From Camelus ferus (Eukaryota): 62,000 nt of DNA. Below the pieces are notes generated by a model that searched no databases, had not been told where the DNA came from, and saw only the letters and a program-made list of their open reading frames with translations. Location of the stretch: the NCBI RefSeq assembly GCF_009834535.1, contig NC_045698.1, positions 62,001 through 124,000 on the forward strand, in the 5' to 3' direction. This document shows positions 10,551 to 23,885 of the stretch, one piece after another. Within the stretch, counting starts at the first letter, position 1. Each line of letters opens with the position of its first letter. The translations under genes were made by a program, and so were the position numbers.

Positions 10551-12099
10551 TAAACAGCAGACGGTGGGAGCCAGGCTCCTCGCTGTGGGAATGGGAATCA
10601 CAGACAAGCAAAGGGAGAGCCTTGGCCCTCGTGCTCCTGGATCTGAGCTTCCTGGATGGATGGTGTGGGGAATGGACTGGGAGGGGAAGGCACAGCTCTT
10701 TGCCCTGGGAAAGCCCTACCGATGTAGGAACCTCACACCCCTTCCTTCTCCCCATACCTGCTGGAAACATTCAGACCTCCAAAATCTGCCAATGCAGCCT
10801 TTAAGACATTCTCACCCTCAGGCAGATAAAGGAGTGTGAGGGTCTTGCGCTACCCCCAAGCTGTCCCAGAATCCAGGCCCTAGAGGGTGGAGCCAGGACA
10901 GGGCACCTGGGCCTCTGACCAGAAGGTGACAGCAAGGAGGAGACCAGCCCTGAGGGCCATGGTTTCCTGAAGTCTGTGAGCCCGGTGCCCTGATGGGGTC
11001 CATTCCCTGTGGGGACATGGGCGGGGCCTGCAGTTTTTCTGTTTTCCACCTGACCCCTTGGATGAAGCCAGGGCAGCACTGGTCTCAGGGGGTCCCCGGG
11101 CAGTGTTTCAAACTCTGACACAGCGGCTTTACAAAGGAACAGGAGAGTGAAGCTGAGCACCTGACAGCCAATCCTCTCAGGCTCTGAGCTGCTTCCTTCA
11201 GGACCACAGTCCCCTACATGGAGTCTGCTGTAACTCACCTGCCTCCACCTGGGCTCTCTCCTTCCTCCCTGGACCCGTCCCCCAGGTCAGGCGCATCTCT
11301 CCAAACCCTGCATCCCCCTCTCACCTTAGGGCTGACAGGCCCCTCACAAAACTGTGAGGCTGCTGTTCCCCACACCCCAGGAGGCAGCCCCACCTCCCCT
11401 GGTTGCTGAGCCCAGACACCTGGGGCCTCCCAGTCCCCCACTTTCCCTGTGCCCCAGCGACTGTCAGCTCCTCCTCTGGAGTCTATAGCCAGTCCCCACA
11501 ATAATGCCACTCTACAGCCACAGGCTTGATGGTGGCCCAACCCGATCTCATGCCCGGCTCTTCCATCAGGCCCTGACAAAGCTCCCACTCTCATGGTGCA
11601 TCTCACATCCCATCCCAACTTGGACTTCATGAACCAGAAACAAGACGGTGACTCTCCCACCTGTAGTCCCCCAAAGTTTCCCCACTTTGGCCTGGCTGGC
11701 TGCTGGAAGGGACATTTGCTGAGTCCCTGAGGGTCCTCGGCACCCCCGCTAGGCTGCTGGCTCCTGGGTTCCCTGACACTGAGCACCTCAGCAGGCCAGG
11801 TGACACATCTGCTCTGGGCTCATCCACACTCGGGCCGCCCACATACAGCCCAGGGCTCACAGGTGTCCAGCACAAGTCTATCTCCCTCCACCCAGGAACT
11901 TCTGCTGGAGGAAGGAAAGCTGTTATGAGATGCCAGTGGTCAGTACCCAAAGGAGATAAATCCAAAGGCGTGCATGTAGGAACAGGGCCCCTGAATGCTC
12001 AGAGCAGAGGCAAGGAAGCAGCAGAGAGAAATCAGCCATGGTGGAAGCCTCAAAACTGCACCAAATGTGCCACTTCACTGAACGTGATCTTGGGCCTGG

Positions 12100-12340
12100 T
12101 GGCACATGATCAGCAGCCTTGGGGCGTATGATCAGCAAGGGTTGGGCCCATGGTCAGGGGCCTGGGGGCAGGAGACCAGTGGCCAGGAGGCACATGATCT
12201 GCCGCTGAGAGGCAGGTATTCTTGAGACTGGGGGCATGTGATTAGCAGCCGGGAGGCATGTGGTCAGCTGCCTGGGGGCATGTGATCTGAATGGTGTGGG
12301 CTCCTGATGTGGCTGTGGGCCCTGGAGGGCATGGTGGGGC
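12100..12340 (+). repeat. Degenerate minisatellite with core GG(G)GCA(C/T)(A/G)TGATC(AGCAGCC)
   Basis: The core recurs at about 12101, 12122, 12189, 12231, 12253 and 12275, at spacings of roughly multiples of 21-22 bp. Confidence 0.6.
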
Positions 12341-12999
12341 AGCCACCTGCCTGTGAGCATGACGGGAGAGGTTGGAGAAGGCCCAGGTGTGGACCATCCT
12401 GGAGTGGGGAGTCACTGTCAGGGGAACTGGGCCAGAGTCGCTTCACTCTCTTCCAACCCAGAGGGATTTGGAGGGTGAGGAACAAACAGAAAATATACCC
12501 CATATTTCAGAGCCTTTTTTTGACCATTTGTTCTTAAGTCACTTTGCTTGTATAGAAAACCACACTTCACTTTTTGTATTCCAAGAGCAAAATATTAAAA
12601 ACAAATGTATCTGAAGCTATGAATCTAAGACTAACCACTTAGCTTATTGTGCAAATGCAACCAGGATTCCCCAGCAGTCTGCTCCGTGCTGACCTATCCG
12701 TACAGGAGCCCAGGTCTTCCCTCTGAGGACGAGTGGTCAGAGCAGGACTTCCCAGCGGTTCCCCGCCAGCAGGCTGGGAGCGGGTGGGTGGGAGCTTGGG
12801 GCCCACAGCTTGGCCTCAGCTGCCCCTGAGGAAAATAAGCCACTTTATATCAGAGCCTTAGAGCAAACAGTGAACCTAGAAACCGTGGCCCAGGATTTCA
12901 AAATGAACAACCTGCCATTATCACAGAGGTTTTGTAAGTGCGATGTGTTGCTATTATTAGATTAATTTACGTGAAATGTTCATCTTCAAATATCAAGTG

Positions 13000-13765
13000 A
13001 CAATTTTTTTTTTGAGATGTGTACAACCAGTTTAATGACTGATGAAACCATACAGATGCCAAACTAGGGAGCACCAGGAGCACAGAAGCAGAAAAGGCCT
13101 TGGGGGGAAACACTACATTACCGTGGGGAAAATGGGATCTCCTAATGTTGAAGGGGGGAAGGGGAGGTCCACTGGCAGCTCAGAACTATGACATTTTTCA
13201 GGGGAACATGCATCCCACCCTCAAAGCAGGAGTAAGCTGGCCGCCTTCACTCCCAAACATAAATTCTCGTGCAGACCACGTCATCAGCGCCGAAAGTCAG
13301 GATGAGCTCGTCGTTGGCCAGCTCGTGGGTCCAGGAGGTTAGGGGCCATCGCCCTCGAGGAGAGTTTGTGTGCAGTGGACCTTGCTCGCATTCTCCCAAG
13401 TGGCTGAACTCCTGCACTTGCGTCCGTCCTCTCTCTCCTCCTCAAAGCCTTCTCCCACCTTGAAGTCGATCTCGGTGGTGCGCACCGTGGTGGATGTCTT
13501 TATGTAGAACTGATCCCCATCCTGGTGGGTCTTCACGTGCGGCTTGGACGCAGCCGCCTTGGCCACTTTCCTCAGCATGGCCTTCACGCCCAGCCCCTTG
13601 AGCAGCTCATCGAAATTCTCAGCTGCTGCGCATCTTCCCAGTGCTGGCGAAGTTGGGAATGCTGGCAGAGGTGGCGGCGGCGGGAACGCGGCGGCCGGCT
13701 CAGACAGCTGCGGCACGGCAGGTGCACACTCCAAGCTGCAAGGCGGAGACTCAACAATGTTTTTT
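13000..13765 (-). pseudogene. CRABP1: Processed (retrotransposed) pseudogene of cellular retinoic acid-binding protein 1
   Basis: Intronless full coding span 13660-13247 (414 nt) translating, across frameshifts, to [41 protein letters not shown]...[82 protein letters not shown]. The start ATG has become ATT (13658-13660), there is a +1 nt insertion at ~13621, and a stop plus 1-nt loss at 13339-13341. Also present: a GC-rich 5' UTR, a 3' UTR with ATTAAA (13031-13036), a polyA remnant (T-run 13004-13013), and a TSD acaat(t/g)tttttt at 13000-13011 and 13754-13765. Confidence 0.96.
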
Positions 13766-14637
13766 AAGTTCCATAAGTGTGGACAATTTTTTAAAGTGAA
13801 AAATTATCTGAAACTAGAATTTCTTGCATCCAAGGATATAAGAGTTACGTACCCATGTTACCATATAGCCACTTAGGACTTTTTAGATTAGAATTCTACT
13901 TGTATAATTGTTTCTATTTAATTAAATGCTACTCATTTGAACAACCTGTGGATAAAATGTAAATGCTCCTGAGGCTTACAATAAAATTAAATCTTTTTCT
14001 TAAGCAGGTGGCAAATGATTGGTTTTCATAAAGTGCTTAAAACTTTTAATATTCTAGTCTGTAAACTGAATAAAGCATCTTTAACAATTCTTTAATTTTA
14101 AAAAGTACAACAAAATCATTTATCTCATTTAGTTTCTATCTGAAGAGTTGTTGGGAAGTAATTCTTTAATCCTAACAAGTTGTAGTCATTGCAACGAGGC
14201 TCCTGGAAACTTGCAGGCTGGTTACTTTCTGGAGAATCTGTAAGTTCTCCCTCATTAAGGGGATCCGAGGGCCGCCTGTGAGCGCTGCCTCAGACCAGGC
14301 TGCACAAGGCTGCACTGCCAGGGCAGGGTGCAGCCAACCCACTCACATCCCACTAGTACCACTGCGACTTCGCAGCCAGAAATGTGGGCAGAAGTGTTCC
14401 TCCTCCTAACAGCCTCTGAGAACATGAAATTGAAAGTTTACTTATTTTGGTTATAGAGGGTCATGCATTGAAAACATAAAGAATCTTTAAAAGTTAATTT
14501 TCTTGTTTTTAAAAGAACAGCAGAAACTAAGATTTTATTGAAAGACAGAAATCTTTGCAGAAAAATATAAACCAAGTTTTTGAAACACTGAATTGGAAAC
14601 ACTTGATTTTTCCACTATTCATGACAGGATTTCTTTT

Positions 14638-15831
14638 TTGTTATTATTCTTTTTTTTTTTAATTCAGTTATAGTCAGTTTACAATGTTGTGTCAATTTCT
14701 GGCATACAGCACAATTTTTCAGTGATACGTGAATATACATATATTCATTTTCATATTCTTTTTCCCCATGAACTACCACAAGATCTTGTATATATTTTCC
14801 TGTGCTATACAGTATAAACTTGTTTATCTATTCTATATATACCTGTCAGTATCTACCAATCTCGAACTCCCAGTCTGTCCCTTCCCACCCACCTCCCCTG
14901 TGGCAACCACAAGATTGTATCCTATGTCTGTGAGTCTGTTTCTGTTTTGTATTTATGTTTTGTTTTGTTTTGTTTTGTTTTGTTTTTAGATTACACATAT
15001 GAGTGATCTCACATGGCATTTTCCTTTCTCTTTCTGGCTTACTTCACTTAGAATGACATTCTCCAGGAACATCCATGTTGCAGCAAATGGCATTGTGTTG
15101 TCATTTTTGTGGCTGAATAGTATTCCGTTGTATAAATATACCACCTCTTCTTTATCCAGTCATCTGTCGATGGACATTTAGGCTGTTTCCACATCTTGGC
15201 TATTGTAAATAGTGCTGCTGTGAACATTGGGGAGCAGGTGTCTTTTTGAATTAGGGTTCCTTCTGGATATAAGCCCAGGAGTGGGATTCCTGGGTCATAT
15301 GGTGAGTCTACTCCTAGTCTTTTGAGGAATCTCCATACTGTTTTCCACAGTGGCTGCACCAAACTGCATTCCCACCAGCAGTGTAGGAGGGTTCCCTTTT
15401 CTCCACAGCCTCTCCAGCACTTGTCATTTGTGGACTTTTGAATGATGGCCACTCTGACTGGTCTGAGGTGATACCCATTGTAGTTTTGATTTGCATTTCT
15501 CTGATAATTAATGATATTAAGCATTTTTCCATTTGCCTATTGGTCTTTCATATTTCTTCATTGGAGAATTGCTTGTTTAGGTCTTCTGCCCATTTTTGGA
15601 TTGGGTTCTTTGTTTTTGTTTTTTTTTTTTCTTATTAAGTCATATGAGCTATTTATATATTCTGGAGATCAAGCCCTTGTCAGTTTCACCGTTTGCAAAT
15701 ATTTTCTCCCATTCCATAGGTTGTCATCTTGTTTTGCTTATGGTTTCCTTTGCTGTGCAAAAGCTTGTAAGTTTAATTAGGTCCCATTTGTTTATTTTTG
15801 CTTTTATTTCTATTTCTTGTGTAGACTGCCC
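14638..15831 (-). mobile_element. Young 5'-truncated LINE-1 (ORF2 C-terminus, 3' UTR, polyA) with 16-bp TSD
   Basis: The ORF2 cysteine-rich domain is present ([37 protein letters not shown] 15048-15524). T-rich tail at ~14638-14660. TSD tga(c/t)aggatttctttt at 14622-14637 and 15832-15847. Confidence 0.95.
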
Positions 15832-17089
15832 TGATAGGATTTCTTTTGAAGTCAGAGTCCATAAATATTTACTAAGCTGTGAGAGGAATTGAGAGGTGGT
15901 CTACAAACCCAGGTGTTGCTGAGAGATGTCAGACATAGCAGAATCCTCCTTAGATGCATGGGTGATCCTTCTGGAAGTTTCCACTAATTCAGCACATCAC
16001 TAAACGCTGATGACAAGGTGAGAGCCAAGTGTAAATGCTCCCAAGTTCCAAGGAGGACAAAGACTTCTGCTAAGAAATTGAGACGACCCAGGAAAATGGT
16101 CACAGCTGAGAGTCACTGATCTTCATAGAGTTTAGGGATTTCAGAGCTGCCCTTTTCTGATTTATGAAGAGGGACAGAGACATCTTCCCAACATTCTGGG
16201 GCCTAGTGGGGGGTCTCCTGTGTTGGCTTCAGCCCTGGGTTGCGAGCACCAGTCTCTCCTCATCCTGGCCAGAGAAGGCTCCAGCAGGTCCCCTCCCCAT
16301 CTATTTATAGGGGCGGCTTCATCCAACTTACCCCAGGGACCCCCACCCCCATTTCTCACATGTGAGTCCTGCTAGAGGAGTGGAAAGAGGCCTCTAGCTA
16401 CCGATGTCCCTGGAACCCCTGTGGCCTGTCCTCCTCCCCTTTATCTAAAGTGAATCCCACTGGGAAACAGACTCCTGGGTCCTGGGAAAGCTGCATCTCT
16501 CTCCAGGAAGTGCCAGGAGCAGGAGAAGAAGGGATTTTGCCACCTGGCCACATGCATTCTCCTGGTGTATGGAGGTGCTTGTGATGTCTGGTGCCCTGGC
16601 AGCCATCTTTTCATCGCAATGACCATACTCTGAGTGATGAAGTCCTGGCCCTCGGAATGCCTGGGAGGCCAGACACACTCTCTGCAGACTTCTGGGCATT
16701 GCGGGCAAAGACATTTGTCTGTTTTAATGGGAGCTGGCTGGGTGTGGGGCTGTTCATAGCTCAGAGAGTGCCTGCCCACTCGGTGCTCACTGACCCTCAT
16801 GATGACAGTGTGATGCTGATGTGATGGCTCAGGAAGACCAGCAGCAGCAGCCACTTTGCCAAACGCCTGTTGGTTCCTCAGAGGGCCAAACACAGAGTCA
16901 CCAAGGACCCGGGATTTCCAGCCCTAGGCCCACACCCAAGAGAAAGGAAGCCCTGTCCACTCAAGGGCGGGGGTCCAGCGTTCACAGCAGCAAGTCCACA
17001 GGAGCCAGGAGGCAGAAACGACCCAGACGGCCATCAGAGGGTGAGAGGGTGCAGGTGATGTCTGCCCCCACAGCGGAACATTGCTCGGC

Positions 17090-17415
17090 CTCAAGAAGGG
17101 ACCAGGCACTGAGGAAGCTTCAGGGTGGACGAACGCTGACACCCCGACACTCGGTGAGAGAAGCGGGCGCCGACGGCCACGTGCGTGTGATCCACTCACA
17201 CCAAGTCAGGGAACTGGAAGAGCTGGAAAGCTGGTCATTGCGTGCCTGGGGCTGCGGGGAAGGGGGGCCAGAGGTCGCAGCTAAAGGCCTTGGGGTTTCT
17301 TCCTGAGGTGATGAAAATGTTCTGAAATTGACCTGTGGGGCCAGTGTACTGAAACCCATTGAATTAAATGGGCAGATTGTATGGTTTACGGATTGTATCT
17401 CAATAAAGCTGTTAA
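17090..17415 (+). mobile_element. Old L1M 3' end fragment
   Basis: Contains ggtgatgaaaatgttctgaaattga...attgtatctcaataaagctgtt, the typical L1MB/MC terminus. Confidence 0.75.
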
Positions 17416-18565
17416 GAACATGTAAAGAGACCCAACCTGGAAAAGTGGAGGTGGGTCCTGGGGAGTCAGTGAGAGTAGCTAAGTGCTCTGCGGAGGACTG
17501 GGGTGGGGGTGCTCATACTCAGTGAGGACTCACCGGAGCCAGAAAACCACTGAGCCTTTACCTGCATTAACCTGCTCATTCTGCAGGGGGGCCTCTGAGC
17601 AGAGGTGTCGGAGCACCTGCCCAGGGACGTGGGTTGAGTGATGTCTACCAGGGTGTCATGTTCTGCAGTAGAGACCACTGGTGTTATTTGATTTTTTTAA
17701 ATTTACTTAAATATAGTTTAGCAAAAAAAAAAGGTTGATCTCAATTTTGGCAGAGAAATTTGCCTTCCTGAAACTTATCTCGAGGAAAAAAATATTAAGT
17801 CTGCAACACACTATCACTAAATTATTTAGTTGAAACATTTTATAACTGGAGACTTAGTACAAAGTATGATGTGAAGATAAACTTTTAGTTAGGAAGCAGC
17901 ACATCCTTCTGGAATGGCCAATCCAGGGGTTGTTCCTCTAAATAGCACTGCGGCAGAGGGCTGAGAACATCTGTATACTTAAAACACCATTTGTCTAATC
18001 GCTCTTTTGTTGAATGCTACTTGTTCCAACGTTCTGTGAATTGACTTTAAATTAAAGTAAGATCCGGTAAAACAAAGAACAATGCAAAATAGATTAAGTG
18101 GATCCACACTCTTCTCCCCACCAAACAGAAGAGCCGGTGTTATTTCCCTCCGAGGGAGTTTCATGTTAATTTCTTCAAAGAAAATCAGGAAAACACACAT
18201 TTAATGAAAAGCTTGATTTGTATCTTGAGAGCCCCGACCTGTTGCTGGACGAGATCTTGGGGACCTGGGTCCCTGCAGTCCCGCACTGGGCATCACATCA
18301 GGACACAGCCCCCTGCCATCCTCTGCCCTGGGGAACCCTGAGTCTCCACTCTCCTCCACTTCCCAGGGCTTAAAAGGATTGTAATAAACTAAAAATGGGG
18401 TAAAAGGCATCCCCTAAGGTTTTCTATACACTGGAGAAAGAGGGACATTTTTGTTGTTGACTTGAAGATTGGAGTGGTGGAGGCATTAATGCTGACGTGA
18501 GAAAAGAACTTTTAGAAGGAAAAGTACAGGTGATACTTGTAATGACCATGCTCCCCTGCACATAT

Positions 18566-18591
18566 TTGTGTGTGTGTGTGTGTGTGTGTGT
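18566..18591 (+). repeat. (TG)n microsatellite
   Basis: About 12 uninterrupted TG units. Confidence 0.95.
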
Positions 18592-19353
18592 TTCAGGGCA
18601 CAGAATTTTACTGTCAACTGTAGTCTTATGGGATAACATTTTTATAAAAAAAATAATAATCATGTCTTGTTTTTTATTTCCATGTGGAGTTTTATTTACC
18701 AATTTTTAAAATATTGTCTCCTATTTATAGTGATTTTTAGAGGTAAGCTAACAGTACTCAGTGTGTGAAATTTATAAAGCAATGACTTAAATGTTTCATG
18801 GTTTACCACCTACATATCTCATTTGGACATTGTAACATCTTATGGCTCAAAATAAGCAAAACCCACAGTTTTAGCGTAAGGTAGTCATTCATACTCCAGG
18901 AGAGGTCTCGGACTGGTGCTGAGGTTGTTTCCCTGGTTATGGGGTGTCAGGAGGTGCTCAAACCTGCGCCTTTGAGATGAGTTGGGCATAAGCATCTACA
19001 GGACAGTGGTCTCAAGATTATGGTCAAAACACCAAACACTCTCACCTGTATGTCAGGACACAGATCCTCTGCACATACTTGCATCCATCTTTTGTGTGAA
19101 TTAACTTTAAACCTATGGGTTAACATCATGTGAGCCCCCAACACACTCCCCCAGGTGGGGCCCCAAGACCAGCTACTCCTGAGTCGGGATAAGAACGTGG
19201 TCAGAACCAGAGCCCAGGGTCCAAGGTCACATGCCCAGGACCCCTGTCAGGAAAGTCAGATATGAATGTCTCCTGCTGGGAATGTTCTGTTGAGTGAGAA
19301 GACCATGTCAGCAGACAGAGAGATTCCACTTGGAAGGTGATTAAGAAGTGTGC

Positions 19354-19575
19354 AAGATTTGCAGATACTAACTGCTATATATAAAATAGGTAAACAACAA
19401 GTTTCTTCTATATAGCACAGGGAACTGCATTCAATACTTTGTGGTAACTTATGATGTAAAGAATGGAGACGAATATATGCACATATATGTATGACTGAAA
19501 CACTATGCTGTACACCAGAAATTGACACAACATTGTAAAGTGACTATTCAATTACCCAAAAAAAAAAAAAAAAAA
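19354..19575 (+). mobile_element. Very short (~220 bp) young L1 3' end with polyA and TSD
   Basis: Homologous, in reverse complement, to the 3' ends at 14660-14880 and 47520-47730. A18 tail at 19558-19575. TSD aa(g/a)aagtgtgc at 19343-19353 and 19571-19581, preceded by TT (TT/AAGA endonuclease-like site). Confidence 0.9.
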
Positions 19576-21059
19576 GTGTGCTCTCAGCAGTCCTGGCTCC
19601 AGTTGTAAATCCAAATGAGGGATCTGTGGCTCTGTCATGGCCAGTCACTAGAAACACACATGTGTTCCTCACACACGCTCACGTGTGTGCAGCCCAGGGC
19701 CAGGGAGCTGCAGAAAGACCATGTTTCTTTAAGACCAGAGTCGCATTTCTGGGAAATTGCAATAGTTTGATCTTTTGGTTATGGGATTGTGAGCGTCCTT
19801 CTGGGGGTAGAGTCAGGATGCGGCCTCTGTCCTGTTTTTCTGTAATACTCCTGAAATTAGATGTTAAGTTTAGCACAAGGAAAGAGGAGGGAGGGAGGGA
19901 GGGAGGGAGGAAGCAGGCTGCATAGCTCTGTCCACAGGGTGGACTAACCACAGTGGCCGGGCCTCCCTGCCTGGGTAATGGGGCAGTTAGGGTGCACGAG
20001 GGGCCTGTGTTTGTGGAGCCAAGTCACAGAGTCGATCCTAGCGCTCTCGGCAGAGGGGCTTTCATGAGGGGTCACTGGGGAGCTAACCTCAGGGTCATAC
20101 CAGGTCACTTCCAGTCCCCACTGGGTGCTCTCTTCCTTGTAACGGGGTGCAGGTGGGGAGCCGATCTGTGGGCCCATTTTCTAAGGGAATAATGTGCCTG
20201 TGCTCCAGTCACTGCGTGGGTGGAGGGACTGGTGTGGAGAGACCCAGAAAGTTAGCAGAATCGGACGTTGGAGAGTGCCTCTGACGAATTCCACTTGGAA
20301 TGTGGCTGCCAACATGGGAAAGGCTGCAGCACTGGGGCTCTGGCCCAGCTCCCCGCTCTCCTCTGGCTTCTGAGTGGACAGCAGTCCTACGGACAGTCCT
20401 GGAGCGAGCGCTGCACCGACAGCGGGGCGCCCGGCTGTCTGGGCTTCCCGCCAGGGTCCCAGCATCCACACCCCTGCTGGCTGGCTGCTGGGAGGGACAG
20501 AGGCTGCCTCAGGATTGACAGCGTGTGTGCACTTCAGGGCCTGGAGCGGTGCTGGGATGAGGCTGTGGCCTGCAGTGGCCGTTTCCCATTGGCTTCCATT
20601 GCTCACCTTCCTAGTGTTGGAAGGGAACCAAGGCCCTCTGAGTGGCAAGTTCCCGGAGAGGGAACCAGTGGCCCTGTTGTCCACCTAGGGGTGCCCTGCA
20701 TGCTGACCGACCCACCCACATGGGTTCCATCTTTCCTGCTTGGTCCCTAAGTTCTGGTTTCTGCTGTTATTGTTGTTTGTTTTTGCTTTAACTGCCTTCA
20801 GTTTCTTTTCTTTCTCATTCTCCAGTAACTACACACCGATGTTTTCTGTGAAAGGAGATGATTGTGAGTCTTTAGTGTGAAGGAGTGGCTTAACAAGCAT
20901 GTGTCTGTGACGGGGTCCACAAGGAGGGTGGTGCCTAAGAATGTGTGTGAATGTGACCCTAAAGGGGGCTGAGGTGTTTGTGTGGATTTTCTGAGGAAGG
21001 ATATCCTTGGAGTAGGCGTGCTGCTATGTGAATGCATGAGATCAAAGAGGGTTTGGAGA

Positions 21060-21613
21060 TGTTAGGTAGTCAGATAAATGGGGGCACTGGGCAGGCAGGT
21101 GGAGGAGAGGGAGGAGGGTCCGGAAGATGGCATTAGGCCTGCCTCCAGCATAAAGGGACTTTATTTCTTCTACGTGTGTGCCAGCAAGAAACCGGTTAGA
21201 ACCCGACAGCCGCAACTGCACGGTAGAGAGAAGAACTTAACTGGACGTGGCCCAGTGCTCATTGTATTACAATTAACAATGCAGTTTAGGCCCCCCACCA
21301 TGGGTTTCTCTGTGTGTATCATGGGTAAGGACATGTGCAAAGGAAGCAAGCATGACTAAGCATTCCAGGGACAAGAGCATCAGTCACTCAAGAGACCACC
21401 TCTGAGCGAGGTCGCAAGAGGAAGGGACAGACAAGACAACTGCTCTTCCCCCTGAGACCAGCCCTCCTGCGGTGCTCGGGGGTGTGCTTTCCTTTTCTAA
21501 GTAAGTCCTGTAGAATCTTTCCCCACACACAGCACACTGTCTCCTGTCTATGACCTTATCTTTCAGCTACGACAAGAACTGGGGTCTTTTCCCTTTCCCT
21601 TTCTGAAGTAACA
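21060..21613 (+). mobile_element. ERV1-class solo LTR with 4-bp TSD
   Basis: Termini are TGTTA...TAACA, with flanking GAGA at 21056-21059 and 21614-21617. The U5-like end is acaagaactgggg... Confidence 0.75.
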
Positions 21614-22394
21614 GAGAGCTTCTGAATCTTGGACCTTCTCAACCCGAGGACAGGGGAGGACACAGTTCTCATTCAGGCTGGCAATGCTGGCCAGTGAGGT
21701 GGGCACTTCTCATTTCAATTTAACTCGTTAAAATTGAATAGCATCATCTGAGTCAGCCTCAGGACGCTGCTGAGAGACAGCCAGCTTGTCCAGGATCACC
21801 AGGTTAGAGACCCAGACCATATCCATTCACCCAGCACAGTGGCCTCCTGGGACCAGGCTCTGCACCTGGTCCCACCACACAGCGTGCTCAGTCTGCACAG
21901 AGAAGGGTGCACCTGGCAGGATTAAGTGGATGATGGGGGCACGCCCTCAGGAAGAAAGCTCATCTTCAGGAGGAGGGCAAGAGGCAGCCCCAGGTCACAC
22001 GGAGGAAAATGGAATTTTAAGCTATATTCTAAGGACATTTTTATAACATTTCCTGCTTAATAAAACTTATGAATGACCATCTGGGAAATTTTGGAAATTA
22101 CAGAAATCTATAATGGAAAAAGCCATAACAATTTCACCACTAAAAGATAATCTTATTACATCATTTTATACTCTTTTTTTGAACATTTTTTTCTTTTTTT
22201 TATGGTGGAAGTCATATTGCCTGCACGATACGATTTATTATTTCCACCTTAATATAGTATTATCTTGTCAGTCTCCATTTTATAAACATGAACAGTCACC
22301 CTATATTCTACAATATAGACATATCATTCATTTAACTCCAAGAAGTTTACCCATGTGCTCTCACACACAAAGAATGGGCAGAAGGAAACACCAA

Positions 22395-22530
22395 CTCCTG
22401 CTGAGCATTTGCTGTGAGCCAGGGACCTTTCCCAGCAAGTTCACACATGTTAATGCTCATTCACTCTATGAGCAATCATGCAGCTCAGGAATGACTGCTA
22501 TCCCCCTTTTGCAGCTAAAGAAAGCAGGAT
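22395..22530 (-). mobile_element. MIR SINE remnant
   Basis: ctgagcatttgctgtgagccaggg...ttcacacatgttaatgctcattcactc...ctatcccccttttgcagctaaagaaagcagg resembles the MIR core and 3' end. Confidence 0.6.
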
Positions 22531-23227
22531 TGTTTAAAACAGCTTCCTATTGTAAAAAATATATACGCACTTGAAAAATTAACTCAGGAAATTACAAAGA
22601 CATATCCCTCTATCCAGAGGTGACCACTGTGGCCGTTTTGGACAAGCCCTTACAGGTATGGCTCAGCACATTTACGTACTCATCTCCGACTTGATTAATA
22701 CCTAATGTCTATTGGTGAAATTTTAGGGTGTTTTACTTTTACTAGAATTTCTAAGGTATATTAGTAAATCTTGCAAAAAAAAAAGGTGTAATTTTAAAAT
22801 AAGTGATAACATATGCTTTAAGATGCTTTTACTTCACTTCTTTGGGGTTCACGAGGAGAGCAACTCAGTTCAGTCATGGTCACACTGCTCAGCCTCTCCT
22901 TCTGGTTCATTCACCTTGTTTTCCACGGAGCTCAGGTAACAGACAACCCGACAGCCAACGGGATGAAAGCTTGTCTCTGCATCAGTTCTAGAAGCAAAGA
23001 GCGTGCATTTCACCCTTAATTCTAAACATGATAAATGTGGAGGGTCTGCAGTGATTTACTCACTACAAATGTATTAGATTGACAACTGACAAGCAAAAAC
23101 TGGGTCAAACTCTTTGAATTGCCCCAGACAAATCCCACTTAGACTCTAAAATACACACACTTCCCCCATGGAAAATGGGCCTAAAACTATGTTAGTTCAA
23201 AAATAAATTACACTGCCCGATGGCCTG

Positions 23228-23870
23228 GGACTTCCAGAATGACTGAGTGAAGAGTTTGGCAAATCCTCTTTCCAAAAAAGAAATGACAAAACTTTAAAAA
23301 ACAACAATCATTTCAGGACTCTGGAAATGGGCCCACAGGCAGGCAACAAACTGAGAAGCACTTATTCAAGGAACTACTAACCCTTAGACAGAACAGCAGA
23401 AATCTGCAGCAGTCAGCCGGTGGCCGCTGCTGTCCACCCAACCCCAGCCGCTCCGCGGTGTGGTAGTTCCACTGGGAAGGGCTAGCTTGATTTGGAGCCG
23501 AGTGTTGTCAGGACAACAGCGGCCTCAGAGGTGTCCCGTCAGGGAAGGCCAACATCGCAGCTGCCTGCAGCTGTGCTGCTATTCGGGGCAGATGCAAGCC
23601 AGGAGACCAGGTGGCACCTTGGCTGAGAAGGAGGACCAGGTATCACTGGAGTCCAGAGGTTCTTGGGAGTTTCGAAATGCACAAAGCTGCAGGCAAGCTC
23701 AGGAGGAGCCAGAGAGGGTCCTGGCTATGCCTTGTTCCTGGATGAACGCGAAGGCTTACAAAGGCTTACACGTGCAGAGAGTGAGGGCCAGGACAGGCCT
23801 GTGAGCTGTTGGAACTTTTTACATGGTCTGAAATGACACACAGATCCACTGGCCAAGGAGGAAGCTTCGC
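23228..23870 (+). mobile_element. Probable old L1M 5' UTR fragment
   Basis: gggacttccagaatgactgagtgaag...aacaatcatttcaggactctggaaat resembles ancient L1M 5' ends. Recalled similarity only. Confidence 0.4.
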
Positions 23871-23885
23871 TGCCTCGTGGCGTTT

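Noticed and set aside
13339..13734. 131-aa ORF as a functional CRABP1
   Set aside because: It has a non-ATG start, a frameshifted N-terminus and a premature stop that removes the last beta-strands; the sequence has all the hallmarks of a retrocopy.
22800..22990. Possible minus-strand exon after ctctttgcttctag
   Set aside because: The translation (TDAETSFHPVGCRVVCYLSSVENK...) is unrecognised and no partner exons were found.
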